In this document: positions 48,651 to 51,101 of the stretch, one piece after another
How the letters are laid out: each line of letters starts with the position of its first letter
How positions within the stretch are numbered: position 1 is the first letter of the stretch
Program-made: the position numbers and the translations under genes
Notes under the pieces: model-generated
What the model saw: the letters and a program-made list of their open reading frames with translations, nothing else
What the model was told of the DNA's origin: nothing
The model's database searches: none
Source: Octopus bimaculoides
Lineage: Eukaryota
Direction of reading: 5' to 3'
Assembly (NCBI RefSeq): GCF_001194135.2
Contig: NC_068982.1
Coordinates: 93,603,454-93,654,554, forward strand
Length of the DNA stretch: 51,101 nucleotides

Positions 48651-49909
48651 AATAATATAATTAGTAAGACGGTGAAAGCAGCAGCAGCTGAGCGAAGTTG
48701 TTTATTGAAACGGAGAAGTTATCTACCGTGGTTTTAGTTGAAAAGCACAGAAAAGAAAGAAAAAAGATATATACATCACATACATACATATATATATATA
48801 CATATACACTTTGAACAAAGTAAAAGTAAACTTTTCTTGAGAACCCGGATGAAAACACGAAATTTATTATGATGTTTGTGAAACCATGATAACGGATCTT
48901 TCCACTAAATTAAGTATACATTATCGAATAATGTTAAATATGATATCAAATCCTATTTAGGTATACAGTTTTATGTTTTAAGACGACGAAGAGACGGGAA
49001 GAAGTAAGAATGTTTTGGGTAAAACTTGTAAATTAACAAAATTAAGTCATCAGATTATTTCCTCACGTTAATTGTCATTATTTTCGATCTTTCTTCATAA
49101 ATCTATCTGTTAAGTTTTCACTTTATAACAAGATATAGTTTATAGGAAAAAATAATTATCCTAAGTATAAATACTTGGTGTACGTTTCTCTCTAAATTCT
49201 CTCCCTTATTTCTTACCGCTACCTAAATTAAATTTTCGAATTAAAACTTCTCATGTTATAAATTATAACTTCGATATTCAGTTCTAAGTTTTGCCTCCTT
49301 TCCTCATTTAAAGTCAGTTAATTGCAAAATAATTATATCTGCTAACCTTCATATATGTTATATCTATTTTTAGTTCGCTTGTTAAAAACGTTAATTAGTC
49401 ACATTGTAAATAAAAATGTATTAGGCGTCAGAACTTTCGAATTAATTTTGTTACTTTTATTAATAGTGTCTAAGTAGATTTTGTTTAGTTGTTCTTTAAA
49501 ATATAAAAATGGACAAATTTTATTTATAAATACTTTATTAGAGTACAAAAAAAATTATTTTTTGTGCATAATCGTTGACATTAAATTAGTTTAACTTGCT
49601 TTGCATATGAAAATTTTGTCTGACACTCCGAGAAATTTATTAAAATAATGAATAATTAAGTGACTAACGTTTTAAATGAAAGAATTCTATTAGAATGGTG
49701 TTAAATCCGTATTGAAAGTCAGGCTGGTCTTGACCTTCCAACTACATACCCAATGCCGGGTGGGTACATATAACACCCCATTCTCCTTATTTCTCTCTCT
49801 CTATCTAGCTGTCCCCCCCCTCTCTCTCTCTTACACGTTCCCTGGACAGCTTCCGACGTGAACTGGCGAGATTTCGCGAGAGACTTAACATTTTTTTGAG
49901 TTTGCTGCC
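48651..49909. promoter_or_regulatory. Putative bidirectional promoter and 5' UTRs between MRPS35 (-) and PPP1R12 (+)
   Basis: Divergent start codons separated by 1259 bp. CpG dinucleotides are visibly more frequent around both ATGs than in the deep introns. The TSSs cannot be located from sequence. Confidence 0.6.
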
Positions 49910-50155
49910 ATGGCGGATGATAATAAGGCAACTGCCTGTGCAAGAAGGAACCAACAATTGAAACGTTGGGCGGACTCTGATACAAATAGGGAATCGATTG
50001 GCGTTCGAGACCGACCTAAAAGAGTTAATTTTCAGGATGGTTGTGTCTTTTTAGCAGCATGTTCTAGTGGAGATAAAGACGAAGTGATAAAACTGTTGGC
50101 TCGAGGAGCAGATATTAACACCGCCAATGTGGATGGGCTTACCGCTCTACACCAG
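49910..50155 (+). CDS. PPP1R12A: Protein phosphatase 1 regulatory subunit 12 (MYPT/MBS) first coding exon
   Basis: Kozak gctgccATGG. Encodes MADDNKATACARRNQQLKRWADSDTNRESIGVRDRPKRVNFQDGCVFLAACSSGDKDEVIKLLARGADINTANVDGLTALHQ, then donor CAG|GTAAAC. Contains the MyPhoNE motif RNQQLKRW, the RVxF motif KRVNF and the start of the ankyrin repeats. The symbol refers to the PPP1R12A/B/C family orthologue. Confidence 0.93.
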
Positions 50156-51010
50156 GTAAACCTTTCTGCTACTTTCTCTTTTACCTATTAAAGATATATT
50201 TTTTTTCATCAGAATGTGAATAAATAAATAAATATATTTCTACACGCCTACACAAAAGTTATTTTAAAGTATTTTGTGGTATTTATTGCTATCCAACTCT
50301 TTAGTGAATGTGTATATTTGTTATAAGTTTGTCAAAATACTTGTCTTCATCTCATAGAGCTCCTTGTACAACTCTGCGAGAGGGTCGTGTGAAAGCTTAT
50401 ATGTATGTAGAAGTATATGTGTAAAACTATATCTATTTGGATGAATGTACATTTCTTCCTCTATACGGCCAAGTGTGTTTTAAGTATTGTATACAAGTTT
50501 ATGTAGATGTGTCTATGGCAATATCTCAAAGTATATATGTGTTTGTTTCTAAATTAATACGATTTTAACTATAAACAGGTGTACGGGTATGTGCATGGAG
50601 AAAAGTATATACGTTTATGGTTATACATTTCTCAGTGTATGTATGTGCAAATGTTTATGCATGTGTTTGTTTGAAAGTAGCATTAATAAAACAATTGTTG
50701 GAATTACTTTTACTCCATCCAGAGTCTCTAAACTAAATACCAGTCATATACTGGGTAAGATTGAATCAACTACACACCCTTCCGCGAAAAACGAGGCGTT
50801 GTGCCAAATATAGAGATTACGGTGGATGACGGAATGGGTAGAGCACCGGACAAAATAACATGCGGTATATAGTGATATCCATCATGTCATGGGTTCAAAC
50901 CCCCACCGGAGTCGGTAAAATGAATATTGCGGTCGATTTTTGTTTGTGTTCTCCCATCAGAATGTGATTTTGTTCGAATATATTAAATCGCGACGCGTCA
51001 AAGCATGTCG

Positions 51011-51041
<31 letters not shown>

Positions 51042-51070
51042 GTATATATATATATGTATATATATATATG

Positions 51071-51101
<31 letters not shown>
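51011..51101. repeat. (TA)n tract with periodic TG interruptions, in PPP1R12 intron 1
   Basis: Direct read of the sequence. Confidence 0.95.

Overview
This is an AT-rich, repeat-dense eukaryotic genomic window with seven N gaps. The SINE, RTE and MITE families point to an octopus; this is an inference, as no database search was run. It holds two host genes arranged head-to-head. (1) MRPS35 (mitochondrial ribosomal protein mS35) lies on the minus strand. I reconstructed six GT-AG, phase-compatible coding exons (48497-48650, 41802-41884, 38091-38210, 13215-13341, 7235-7374, 5752-5861; 734 nt, 244 codons plus 2 nt). Intron 3 is 24.7 kb. The terminal exon(s) were not found and probably lie left of the window. 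(2) The first coding exon of PPP1R12/MYPT (myosin phosphatase targeting subunit) is at 49910-50155 on the plus strand; only 1259 bp separate the two start codons. The rest is intronic and packed with mobile DNA: a TIR-bounded decayed Tc1 transposon, RTE-clade LINE fragments, several tRNA-derived SINE families with visibly swapped head and tail modules, head-to-tail SINE arrays, five TTAA-flanked piggyBac-type MITEs, a hAT-like MITE, a Lep1-like non-autonomous Helitron, and microsatellites. I found no convincing new protein-coding system. The most unusual signals are the SINE module swapping, the self-stacking SINE arrays, the fish-like Tc1, and perfect palindromes centred on (TA)n. SINE family letters (A, B, D, F) are my own labels. 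Repeat boundaries without a TSD or TIR are approximate.
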